From an uncultured SAR86 cluster bacterium (lineage in GTDB: Bacteria; Pseudomonadota; Gammaproteobacteria; Magnimaribacterales; AG-339-G14), in contig CACMKG010000001.1 in assembly GCA_902614235.1 (NCBI GenBank), forward strand, positions 134,484 through 198,483: a stretch of DNA of 64,000 nt, given 5' to 3'. This document shows, piece by piece, positions 42,564 to 51,254 of the stretch. Positions within the stretch are counted from its first letter, which is position 1; each line of letters begins with the position of its first letter. Below the pieces are notes generated by a model. The model had not been told where the DNA came from and did no database searches. It saw nothing but the letters and a program-made list of their open reading frames with translations. Position numbers and translations under genes: made by a program.

Positions 42564-43541
42564 TTGCATCCTTTAGAAGAAAAATTAAATTCCTTAATAG
42601 ATAAAAAAGCAAAAAATTATTTTGTTGCTTATAGTGGCGGCATTGATTCAACTGTTCTTTTAAATTGTGCAAATACAATTATTAAATCTCATAACGGCTT
42701 ATCTCTCGTAGCATTACATATAAATCACAATTACTCTGATGACTCCAATGCTTGGAAAAATCATTGCATCGATTTTTGTAATAAAAGAAATATAAAAATT
42801 TATACTTTTGATTTAGATCTTTCAAAATTAAAAGGAGCTAGTTTAGAAAATCAGTTAAGAAACTTAAGATATAAAGTTTTTGAAGAAAATATCGGGAAAG
42901 ATGAAAAACTTTTTATGGCTCATCACTTAGATGACAATGTAGAAACTTTATTTCTTAGATTATTTAGAGGAACAGGCTTAAAAGGCGCTAAATCAATCCC
43001 ATTTAAAAGATCTTTGGGTAAAGGTGAGCTAGTAAGACCCTTTTTAGATGTTACTAAAAAAGATATCAAAAATTATGCAGCAGATAAAGAATTGAATTTT
43101 ATAAGTGATAAATCAAATGAAGATATTAATTTTGATAGAAATTTTATAAGAAACGAAATTATTCCTTTGATTAAAAAACGATGGCCAAAATATAACCATA
43201 ATATAAAAAGGTTTATTACAAATGCTAATGAATCTTATGAGATTATAAAAAATCAAACTGAAATTGATTTTAGTGCAGTTTCTTCTAATAAAAAAGATCA
43301 AATTTTCCTATCAAAATTAATTGCTTTACCTAAAAATAGACAGAAAAATATAATTATTTTTTGGATAGATACCTTAAACTTGAACCCACCTAACGGTAAA
43401 GTATTAAATGAAATTGTAGATAAATTTGTATTCGCTACAAAAGATAAAAATCCAACTTTTTTTTGGGGAACCAAAGAAAAAAAAGGTTCGGTGTGTTTAA
43501 AAATTAAGAAAGACAATCTGATTGCTAAATCAATATCCTGA
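42564..43541 (+). CDS. tilS: tRNA(Ile)-lysidine synthetase (short, 325 aa)
   Basis: It uses a TTG start. It has the PP-loop VAYSGGIDSTVL and HLDDNVETLFLRL, and follows accA as in Pseudomonas. Confidence 0.88.
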   Translation: MHPLEEKLNSLIDKKAKNYFVAYSGGIDSTVLLNCANTIIKSHNGLSLVALHINHNYSDDSNAWKNHCIDFCNKRNIKIYTFDLDLSKLKGASLENQLRNLRYKVFEENIGKDEKLFMAHHLDDNVETLFLRLFRGTGLKGAKSIPFKRSLGKGELVRPFLDVTKKDIKNYAADKELNFISDKSNEDINFDRNFIRNEIIPLIKKRWPKYNHNIKRFITNANESYEIIKNQTEIDFSAVSSNKKDQIFLSKLIALPKNRQKNIIIFWIDTLNLNPPNGKVLNEIVDKFVFATKDKNPTFFWGTKEKKGSVCLKIKKDNLIAKSIS

Positions 43542-45212
43542 TCTATTGATTCCGTTAATAATTGCTTGAAAAGATGCAACCACGGTATTTGGATTTATCC
43601 CTATGCCCCAAAAGGTTTTATCTTTGATCGAAAGTTCTATATATGCGGCTGCGGATGCATCAGATCCAGATGAAATAGCGTTTTGTTGATAATCAGAAAC
43701 CTTTAAATTAAATTTAAATTCACTTGATAAGGCGTCAATAAAAGAATCTATTGGGCCATTTCCTTTGCCACACAATTTTGTGTCTTTACCATTAATTTTT
43801 AGATTAAGACTTATTTCATCTATTTGCTTATTATTTTCATCAATTTTAGAAATAATTTCATGATTTGAATACTCACACTTTCCAATAACTTCTATGTAAG
43901 TTTTATTAAAAGTTTCCCAAATTAAATCAGCTTCAAGCTCTTTTCCAGTTTCATCTGCTATTTTTTGAATGATCCCTGAAAAATCTATTTGTAAGCGTCT
44001 AGGCAAAGATAACCCGTGATCTTTTTCTATAATATATGCCACACCACCTTTTCCAGATTGACTATTTATCCGGATAACAGCTTCATAATTTCTACCCACG
44101 TCTTCAGGATCTATTGGAAGATAAGGAACTCTCCACTTTGGGTCATTTGATTCTCTCATTGCATCGAAACCTTTTTTTATTGCATCTTGATGAGATCCAG
44201 AAAAAGCAGTGAAAACTAAATCTCCAGCGTAAGGATGTCTTGGGTGGATTGGAAGTTGATTACAATATTCAACTTCTCGCATCACCTTATTGATATCTGA
44301 AAAATCAAGTTTTGGATCTACTCCTTGAGTTAATTGATTAAGTGCTAATGAAACAATATCTACATTTCCTGTTCTTTCTCCGTTTCCAAAAAGCGTTCCT
44401 TCTATTCTGTCGGCACCAGCCATTAATCCCAATTCTGCTGCGGCGATTCCAGTTCCTCTATCATTGTGAGGATGAAGGCTAACTAAAACGTTTTCTCTCT
44501 GATCTAAATTTCGGCACATCCATTCTATTTGATCTGCATAAATATTTGGCGACGCTAGTTCCACAGTTGCTGGAAGATTCATAATAGTTTTTAGTTCTTT
44601 ACTTGGCTTCCATATTTGATTTACCTCGTTACATACCTCAACAGCATACTCTAACTCGGTTCCAGTAAAGCTTTCAGGACTATATTCAAATTGCCAGTTT
44701 GTATTTTTATTTTCGTCTGCAAGTATCTTTACAAGTTTTGCACCATCTGTAGCTATCTTTAAAATACCTTTTTTATCCTGTCTGAAGACAACTTCTCTTT
44801 GTAAAGAAGAAGTAGAATTATATAAATGTAAAATTACGTTTTCTGCTCCTTTTACAGACTCGAATGTCCTTTTGATTAAATGTTCTCTAGCTTGCGTTAA
44901 AACCTGAATTTTAACGTCATCAGGAATAAGTTTTTTTTCAATTAGTTCTCGTACGAAACTAAATTCGGTTTCTGAAGCTGAAGGAAATCCTACTTCAATT
45001 TCTTTAAAACCTAAATTAACCAACATAGAAAAAAACCTTAATTTTTTTTCCATTCCCATTGGCTCAATCAAAGATTGATTCCCATCTCTTAAATCTACAC
45101 TACACCAAATTGGCGACTTGATTATCTGTTTTGTAGGCCAAGTTCTATCGTCAAGCGCAATGACCTTGAAAGGGGAATATTTATTTACGGAGCTATTTAC
45201 TATTTCTTTCAA
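43530..45212 (-). CDS. leuA: 2-isopropylmalate synthase (long, LeuA type 2)
   Basis: It uses a TTG start. A 560-aa protein with WCSVDLRDGNQ and HPHNDRGTG motifs and a C-terminal regulatory domain. Confidence 0.93.
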   Translation of the reverse strand: MKEIVNSSVNKYSPFKVIALDDRTWPTKQIIKSPIWCSVDLRDGNQSLIEPMGMEKKLRFFSMLVNLGFKEIEVGFPSASETEFSFVRELIEKKLIPDDVKIQVLTQAREHLIKRTFESVKGAENVILHLYNSTSSLQREVVFRQDKKGILKIATDGAKLVKILADENKNTNWQFEYSPESFTGTELEYAVEVCNEVNQIWKPSKELKTIMNLPATVELASPNIYADQIEWMCRNLDQRENVLVSLHPHNDRGTGIAAAELGLMAGADRIEGTLFGNGERTGNVDIVSLALNQLTQGVDPKLDFSDINKVMREVEYCNQLPIHPRHPYAGDLVFTAFSGSHQDAIKKGFDAMRESNDPKWRVPYLPIDPEDVGRNYEAVIRINSQSGKGGVAYIIEKDHGLSLPRRLQIDFSGIIQKIADETGKELEADLIWETFNKTYIEVIGKCEYSNHEIISKIDENNKQIDEISLNLKINGKDTKLCGKGNGPIDSFIDALSSEFKFNLKVSDYQQNAISSGSDASAAAYIELSIKDKTFWGIGINPNTVVASFQAIINGINRSGY

Positions 45213-45257
45213 TTTTTTTCTTCATTTTATTCTAAAATAACATATAGAAACGGCATT

Positions 45258-45551
45258 ATGAACGCAGACGAAAGTTTTATAAAGGAAGTAGGAATCCAAT
45301 ACTGGAAGTTGAATGACAACTTTAAATTTAAAAATAGTAAAATAAAACCTAATAAACATATTAATTTTTCCCAAACTGAATCAGAATTTTTATTTTCAGT
45401 CTCTAAAGCTTTTGGACTGGATTTTCAATTAAAAGATTCATTAAAAATATACAAATTCTTAACGGAAAATAAACTTTTGAAAGAGGTTAATATAAATAAA
45501 CTAATGAAGGACCCAGATGCAAAGAGAAAAATTTGGATCGAAAACTCTTAA
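45258..45551 (+). CDS. holD: Candidate DNA polymerase III psi subunit (HolD-like), otherwise hypothetical
   Basis: A 97-aa ORF immediately upstream of rimI, which is the holD-rimI arrangement of E. coli. IKEVGIQYWKLN resembles E. coli LQQLGITQWSLR, and the C-terminal NKLMKDPDAKRKIW resembles TDLRANPTARAALW. The similarity is weak and judged by eye. Confidence 0.45.
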   Translation: MNADESFIKEVGIQYWKLNDNFKFKNSKIKPNKHINFSQTESEFLFSVSKAFGLDFQLKDSLKIYKFLTENKLLKEVNINKLMKDPDAKRKIWIENS

Positions 45552-45561
45552 TATAAAAAAA

Positions 45562-46056
45562 ATGACCTTCAAAGATTTGGAGGATGTTTATGAGATTGAA
45601 AAGCTTTCCAATCCAACTCCGTGGAGCCAAACCAGCTTTTCAGACTGTCTTAAGGGTTTTTATCAAAACTTGCTTATTACATTGGATTCAGAAACTGTTG
45701 CTTTTTGTATTATGACAATTAATTTTACTGAATCACACTTACTTAATATCTCAGTGCATCCAAACTACAGACACAAAGGCATTGGAGAAATTTTATTAAA
45801 AACATCAGAAAAAAAATCTATTAATAAAGGGGTTTCAGATATTTTTTTAGAAGTAAGAGAGTCTAATAAAAATGCCATTTCATTTTATAAAAAAAATGGA
45901 TATAAATATGTGGGGATTAGAAAAAATTACTATAAAAATAGCTCAGGAAGAGAGGACGGATTGATATTTACCAAACATTTAAAAATTAGTAAATTAAACA
46001 GCCTTTATAATCAAATGACATATATGATTACGAGTATTTTAAAAATTAAAAATTAA
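45562..46056 (+). CDS. rimI: Ribosomal-protein-alanine N-acetyltransferase (GNAT)
   Basis: EIEKLSNPTPWS..., LLNISVHPNYRHKGIGEILL and the GNAT core FLEVRESNKNAISFYKKNGY are present. The start at 45562 is preferred over 45517. Confidence 0.8.
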   Translation: MTFKDLEDVYEIEKLSNPTPWSQTSFSDCLKGFYQNLLITLDSETVAFCIMTINFTESHLLNISVHPNYRHKGIGEILLKTSEKKSINKGVSDIFLEVRESNKNAISFYKKNGYKYVGIRKNYYKNSSGREDGLIFTKHLKISKLNSLYNQMTYMITSILKIKN

Positions 46057-46067
46057 CTGGGGTAAAA

Positions 46068-47108
46068 ATGGAGTATAGAAAGCTAGGGAATACTGATATA
46101 GAAGTAAGTGTTATCTGTTTAGGAACTATGACCTGGGGTCAACAAAATACGGAAGAAGAAGGTCACGAACAGATGGATTATGCGGTTGATCAAGGAATAA
46201 ATTTCTTTGATACAGCTGAACTTTATGCGATTCCTCCTAAAGAAGAAACTCAAGGAAGCACAGAAGAAATCATTGGATCTTGGTTCAAGAAAAATAAAAA
46301 TAGAGATAAAATTATATTAGCTACTAAAGTCGCAGGGAGAAGCGGCATGAAGTGGTTTAGAGGTGGCGAGACCAGATTAGATAAAAAAAATATTGAAGCA
46401 GCCGTTGAAGGAAGTTTAAAAAGACTAAATACCGATTACATAGATTTATATCAATTACACTGGCCGGATAGACCATTAAATATTTTTGGTGGAGGATTGG
46501 GGGCTTATAAGCATTACGATTTAGAAAGTATCGAGATTTCAGAAACATTGGAAGTATTATCGGAAATTGTAAAGACAGGAAAAGTCAGAAATATAGCTCT
46601 TTCAAATGAAACCCCGTGGGGTCTTTCTGAATTTATTAATAAATCTGAAATGCTAAATTTTCCAAGAGTTCAATCTGTTCAAAATGCATATAACCTTCTC
46701 AATAGGACCTATGAATATGGGATGTCTGAATTTGCTCATAGGTCTTCAGTGGGCCTCCTTGCATATTCGCCTTTAGCACAAGGATATTTGTCGGGAAAAT
46801 ATTTAAACGGAGCCATGCCTAAGGGCTCTCGAACTCAATTATTCGGCAGGGGCCAAAGATATGAGACTCCTTCTGCTGAAAAGTCTATTCAAGCATATGT
46901 TGATTATGCAGAAAAAATTGGTATGGATCCTTCCGTTATGGCAAATGCTTTTGTGAACTCCAGAGAATTTGTAACGTCAAATATTATAGGCGCGACAACA
47001 ATGGAGCAATTGAAACTTGCGGTTGGTAGTTGGGAAGTAAAATTATCTGAAGAAGACTTTAAAGAATTTGACAAGATACATGCAGAATGCCCAAATCCTT
47101 GTCCTTAA
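46068..47108 (+). CDS. tas: NADP(H)-dependent aldo-keto reductase, Tas-like
   Basis: A 346-aa protein that is collinear with E. coli Tas as I recall it (LGTMTWGQQN..., GINFFDTAELY, DLYQLHWPDRP, NETPWG, ending AECPNPCP versus ...YTYPAP). Confidence 0.8.
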   Translation: MEYRKLGNTDIEVSVICLGTMTWGQQNTEEEGHEQMDYAVDQGINFFDTAELYAIPPKEETQGSTEEIIGSWFKKNKNRDKIILATKVAGRSGMKWFRGGETRLDKKNIEAAVEGSLKRLNTDYIDLYQLHWPDRPLNIFGGGLGAYKHYDLESIEISETLEVLSEIVKTGKVRNIALSNETPWGLSEFINKSEMLNFPRVQSVQNAYNLLNRTYEYGMSEFAHRSSVGLLAYSPLAQGYLSGKYLNGAMPKGSRTQLFGRGQRYETPSAEKSIQAYVDYAEKIGMDPSVMANAFVNSREFVTSNIIGATTMEQLKLAVGSWEVKLSEEDFKEFDKIHAECPNPCP

Positions 47109-47172
47109 AAACATTAAAATAGATTCAGTTTCTCTTAGGAGAATAATTTTCAGTAATTATTTAGATTTTTTT

Positions 47173-47673
47173 ATGAATTTTTTTAAAAAAGATAAATTAA
47201 ACTTATTATTTTCAGGCAACTCAAATATTGAGAGTACTTATAAAAATTTTTCTGAATTGTCAGTTGAAGAAATAACCTCTATAAAGAAAATCAAATTAGA
47301 AAATTTTAAGTATTCTGAAACAAAAAATTCTTTTGAGTTAAATATTATTGATCATAGAAGCTATCACTTCTTAATTTTACAAAATGAGAAGCTTATTGCA
47401 TATTCGAGGCTTGTTCCGCCAAGTTCAAATTTTAGAAATTTAACCTTGGAAAGATTTTGTGTAGCGAATGCCTATAAAGGAAGAGGAATTTCTAGGATTT
47501 TGATTAAATATGTTATTGATGAAGCTGCGAATCTCTTTCCTAAAGAAGTTTTAAGCCTCTCTTCCTTGGAAGATACGAAACTATTTTATGAAAAATTTGG
47601 GTTTAGTACTAATTATTTTACTCATGATGAAAATGGCAATCTTCATTATTTCATGACTAGAAAATTTAGATAA
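47173..47673 (+). CDS. GNAT-family N-acetyltransferase (ElaA-like)
   Basis: It has the GNAT core HFLILQNEKLIAYSRL...VANAYKGRGISRILIKYVIDEA...FYEKFGF. I chose the Met at 47173 because the ORF-track start at 47068 overlaps tas. Confidence 0.7.
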   Translation: MNFFKKDKLNLLFSGNSNIESTYKNFSELSVEEITSIKKIKLENFKYSETKNSFELNIIDHRSYHFLILQNEKLIAYSRLVPPSSNFRNLTLERFCVANAYKGRGISRILIKYVIDEAANLFPKEVLSLSSLEDTKLFYEKFGFSTNYFTHDENGNLHYFMTRKFR

Positions 47674-48061
47674 TTTTTATTTGATTAGCCTGTGGTCCCT
47701 TAGATCCATGAGAAACAACATAACTCACTCTTGTATTTTCTTTTAAAAATTTTCTATCCATTTCAGATACTGATGCAAAATGAATAAATAAGTCTCCTCC
47801 TTTATCTCTTTCTAAAAAACCATAACCTTTGCTCGGATCGAACCATTTGATGGTCCCTCTCTCTCTTTTGATTCTATATTTAATTTGTCTTCCGTAAACT
47901 AAGACCATACTTGAAATGAAAGTTGTAAAAAAAATAAAAAGAAAAAATGGTAGAAAATCGAAATCAAATATCTTATTAATATCATTCGAGATATAGAACC
48001 TATAACATACAGAAAATAAGAAACTTATAATAAGCGCTGAAGAAGCCCCTCTAAACCACAT
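47666..48061 (-). CDS. Cold-shock-domain protein with a predicted N-terminal two-helix membrane anchor (alternative: 80-aa Csp starting at 47908)
   Basis: The C-terminal CSD carries RNP1/RNP2-like motifs (GTIKWFDPSKGYGFLERDKGGDLFIHF). The N-terminal 50 aa hold two hydrophobic stretches followed by the basic RQIKYRIKRER. The full-length ORF starts 6 nt after the valS stop. Confidence 0.6.
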   Translation of the reverse strand: MWFRGASSALIISFLFSVCYRFYISNDINKIFDFDFLPFFLFIFFTTFISSMVLVYGRQIKYRIKRERGTIKWFDPSKGYGFLERDKGGDLFIHFASVSEMDRKFLKENTRVSYVVSHGSKGPQANQIKII

Positions 48062-48067
48062 AACTAT

Positions 48068-50806
48068 TTATATTAACTCTAAAACTTTAAGATGGTCATT
48101 AAGTTTTTTTATTTTTGCTCTTGATTCTTTTAACTGAGATCTTCTTTCAGATACTAAGTTTTTTGGAGCATTTTTAGTGAATTTTTTATTTTCTAGTTGT
48201 TTTTTTAATCCTTCGTAAGTTTTTTCAAGTTTTGCTAAAGTATTTTTATTTCTAGTTTTTTCATCTTGAACATCAATCAAGCCTTCTAAAGGAATGTAAA
48301 TTTTTTCTTTTCCAACTAAGAGAATTGCAGAAGGGGGAATTTTTTTAACAAGTTTGTTAATTTTATTAATTCCAGCCATATCATGAAGGTAACTTTTATT
48401 TTTTTCTAAAAGTTTAAAGAGTGGACCCTTACTATCACAAAGAATATCTATTTTAATTTTATGAGAAATAAGCATTTCAGATCTTATATTTCTTATACCA
48501 GAAATAGATTCCTTTAAAGCTTCAATTTTTGAAAAATCTCTTGAAATTTTTCTGACTTCTGGGAATTTCTCCTGAGAAATACTTAGTAATTTAGATTTAT
48601 GAAAAGGCTTGAATTCCTGCCAAATTTCTTCTGTTATAAAAGGCAAAATCGGATGAAACAGAATTAAAGATTTATGCATCAAATCAATTAAAGAGGCTTT
48701 GATTTTATTTTTTTCTGGTTGGGTTACTTTGGGATCGTTTAATTTTATTTTGCAAAATTCGATATACCAGTCACAAAATTTTTCCCAGAAAAAATCATAT
48801 GTCACTTGCGTAGCTAGATCAAACCTATAAGAGTCAATGTGTTTAGAAAAATTTTCAGCAGTTTTTTTAAATTCATCATAAATCCAGAAATCTTCTAAGT
48901 TTTTAGATAAGACTTTTTTATTGTCATATCCTTTACATTGTATTTTTATAAAATTTGCGGCATTCCATAATTTATTGCAAAAATTTCTGTATCCTTCCAA
49001 CCTTTTAAGATCAAAATTTATATCTCTACTTCCAGAGGCTAGAGAACAGAAGGTAAATCTCATTGCATCTGTTCCAAAAGAATTGATTCCGTTAGGAAAT
49101 TCTTTTTTAGTGTTAGCTATTATTTTTTCTTTTTGATTTGGATTCATTAAACCAAAAGTTCTCTTTTCAATGAGTTCTTCTAATTCAATGCCATCAATAA
49201 TATCTATCGGATCAATAATATTTCCTTTTGATTTTGACATTTTTTGCCCTTCGCCATCTCTTACTAGGCCATGAACATAAACTTCTTTAAATGGGACCTC
49301 GTTTAAAAATTTTTGAGTGATCATTATCATTCTTGCTACCCAGAAAAAAATAATATCAAACCCAGTAACTAACACAGAAGTTGGATGAAATTTTTTTAAT
49401 CTTTTTGTGTTCTTAGGCCAGCCTAACGTAGCGAATGTCCATAATTGCGAGGAAAACCAAGTATCTAAAACATCTTCATCCTGCTTTAACTTAATCTTAT
49501 TTGAAAGCCTATATTTCTTCCTCACTTCTGAGATATTTCTTCCAACGTAAATGTTCTTATCACTATCATACCAAGCTGGAATTCTATGGCCCCACCATAA
49601 TTGTCTTGAAATACACCAATCTCTGATCTCATTCATCCAAGAAAAAAAAGTATTTTCCCAGTTTCTGGGGATCAATTTTATTTGTCTATTTTGAATTAAC
49701 TTTTTAGCTTTTGAAGCCATTTCATCAGATTTTAGATACCATTGTTCAGTTAAAAATGGTTCAAGAGTTACTCCTGTCCTGTCACTTCTTGGTATTGTTA
49801 TCATGTGATCTTTTTCGCTTATGAGATCTCCACATTCTTTTAAATCTTTAAGTATTTTTTTTCTAGCTTCTAACATTGATAAAGATCTAAATTTTTTAGG
49901 AACATTAGAATTTAAAGTCCCGTTTTTTTTCATAATATTAATAATTGGAAGATTATTTTTTTGACCGATCTCGAAATCATTAAAATCATGTCCAGGAGTA
50001 ATTTTTAAGCATCCAGTCCCGAATTCCATATCAACATAAGAATCGCCAATGATAGGTATTTCCTTATTTATTAATGGGATAAAAGCTTTTTTATTTATAA
50101 ATTTTTTATACCTTTTATCATTTGGATTTACCGCTATAGCGACATCACCAAGCATGGTTTCAGGTCTAGTAGTAGCAACGACTATATTGCCTAAATCTGT
50201 TTTATATGAAATTTCCCATAATTTACCTTGCTCCTCATTTGAAACCACCTCCAAATCAGAGAGAGCTGTTTGCAACTTAATATCCCAGTTTGCAAGCCTA
50301 AAGCCTTTGTATATAAGTCCTTCATCATATAAGTTACAGAAAACCTCTATAACAGCTTCATTAAAGTCCTCGTCCATAGTAAATTTTTCACTTTTCCAAT
50401 CTAGAGAAGCTCCTAATCTTCGAAGTTGCTTTGTAATTGTAGTTCCTGACTGTTTTTTCCACTTCCAAATTTCTTTTTCAAATTTCTTTCTGCCCAAAGA
50501 TTCTTTTGTTTTTCCTTCTTTTTCAAGATTTCTTTCAACAACTATTTGAGTTGCAATTCCTGCATGATCTGTCCCAACTTGCCATAAAACATCAAATCCT
50601 TTCAATCTTTTATATCTAGCTAAAACATCCATTAAAGTATTTTGAAAACCATGTCCCATATGCAAGCTTCCTGTAACATTCGGAGGAGGAATCATTATGC
50701 AGAAAGGTTCTTTTTTTGATTTTTCAGCCGGAGAAAATAGGTTATTTTTCTCCCAAAAAGAATACCATTTTTTTTCAATTTTCTTAGGTTCAAAAGCTAC
50801 TTTCAT
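48068..50806 (-). CDS. valS: Valine--tRNA ligase
   Basis: A 912-aa protein with the HIGH-type motif PPNVTGSLHMGH, KMSKS, and a C-terminal coiled coil. Confidence 0.97.
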   Translation of the reverse strand: MKVAFEPKKIEKKWYSFWEKNNLFSPAEKSKKEPFCIMIPPPNVTGSLHMGHGFQNTLMDVLARYKRLKGFDVLWQVGTDHAGIATQIVVERNLEKEGKTKESLGRKKFEKEIWKWKKQSGTTITKQLRRLGASLDWKSEKFTMDEDFNEAVIEVFCNLYDEGLIYKGFRLANWDIKLQTALSDLEVVSNEEQGKLWEISYKTDLGNIVVATTRPETMLGDVAIAVNPNDKRYKKFINKKAFIPLINKEIPIIGDSYVDMEFGTGCLKITPGHDFNDFEIGQKNNLPIINIMKKNGTLNSNVPKKFRSLSMLEARKKILKDLKECGDLISEKDHMITIPRSDRTGVTLEPFLTEQWYLKSDEMASKAKKLIQNRQIKLIPRNWENTFFSWMNEIRDWCISRQLWWGHRIPAWYDSDKNIYVGRNISEVRKKYRLSNKIKLKQDEDVLDTWFSSQLWTFATLGWPKNTKRLKKFHPTSVLVTGFDIIFFWVARMIMITQKFLNEVPFKEVYVHGLVRDGEGQKMSKSKGNIIDPIDIIDGIELEELIEKRTFGLMNPNQKEKIIANTKKEFPNGINSFGTDAMRFTFCSLASGSRDINFDLKRLEGYRNFCNKLWNAANFIKIQCKGYDNKKVLSKNLEDFWIYDEFKKTAENFSKHIDSYRFDLATQVTYDFFWEKFCDWYIEFCKIKLNDPKVTQPEKNKIKASLIDLMHKSLILFHPILPFITEEIWQEFKPFHKSKLLSISQEKFPEVRKISRDFSKIEALKESISGIRNIRSEMLISHKIKIDILCDSKGPLFKLLEKNKSYLHDMAGINKINKLVKKIPPSAILLVGKEKIYIPLEGLIDVQDEKTRNKNTLAKLEKTYEGLKKQLENKKFTKNAPKNLVSERRSQLKESRAKIKKLNDHLKVLELI

Positions 50807-51250
50807 TTAATCAATATAATTTGGTTTTATTCCATCTTTCAGACATTTTTTATAACTTGCTCTTGCTTTTTCTTGAAGGCTTGAATCGTCTTTTATAACG
50901 ATTTGATAAGTTTCTCTGAAGTCTCGGTAATTTGATGGAAGTTGTGGATTTAAATTTATTAAAAAATCATAATTTTTAATTGTTCTAGTACCAGGATAGG
51001 AAATTTCAACCTTACAATCTTTACAATCTTTGTCATTTATTAATTTATGAGGAATAAATAAGTTTTCAGGAATCTGCCACAATAGTTTATCGATAACATG
51101 AGCTTGATCAGCATCAAAACACCTTATATTGATAATATCAGCACGATCTCTTTTTAAAGAATTTAAATATAATTTTCCAACTAAATCACACGCAAAGCTC
51201 AAAGCTACTTCTTCTGACTGCCCAGCAGTAAGAAAATTTACTTTTTCCAT
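50807..51250 (-). CDS. holC: DNA polymerase III subunit chi
   Basis: A 147-aa protein in which DKLLWQIPENLFIPH matches E. coli DEALWARPAESFVPH. It sits in the conserved pepA-holC-valS order. Confidence 0.85.
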   Translation of the reverse strand: MEKVNFLTAGQSEEVALSFACDLVGKLYLNSLKRDRADIINIRCFDADQAHVIDKLLWQIPENLFIPHKLINDKDCKDCKVEISYPGTRTIKNYDFLINLNPQLPSNYRDFRETYQIVIKDDSSLQEKARASYKKCLKDGIKPNYID

Positions 51251-51254
51251 CTTT

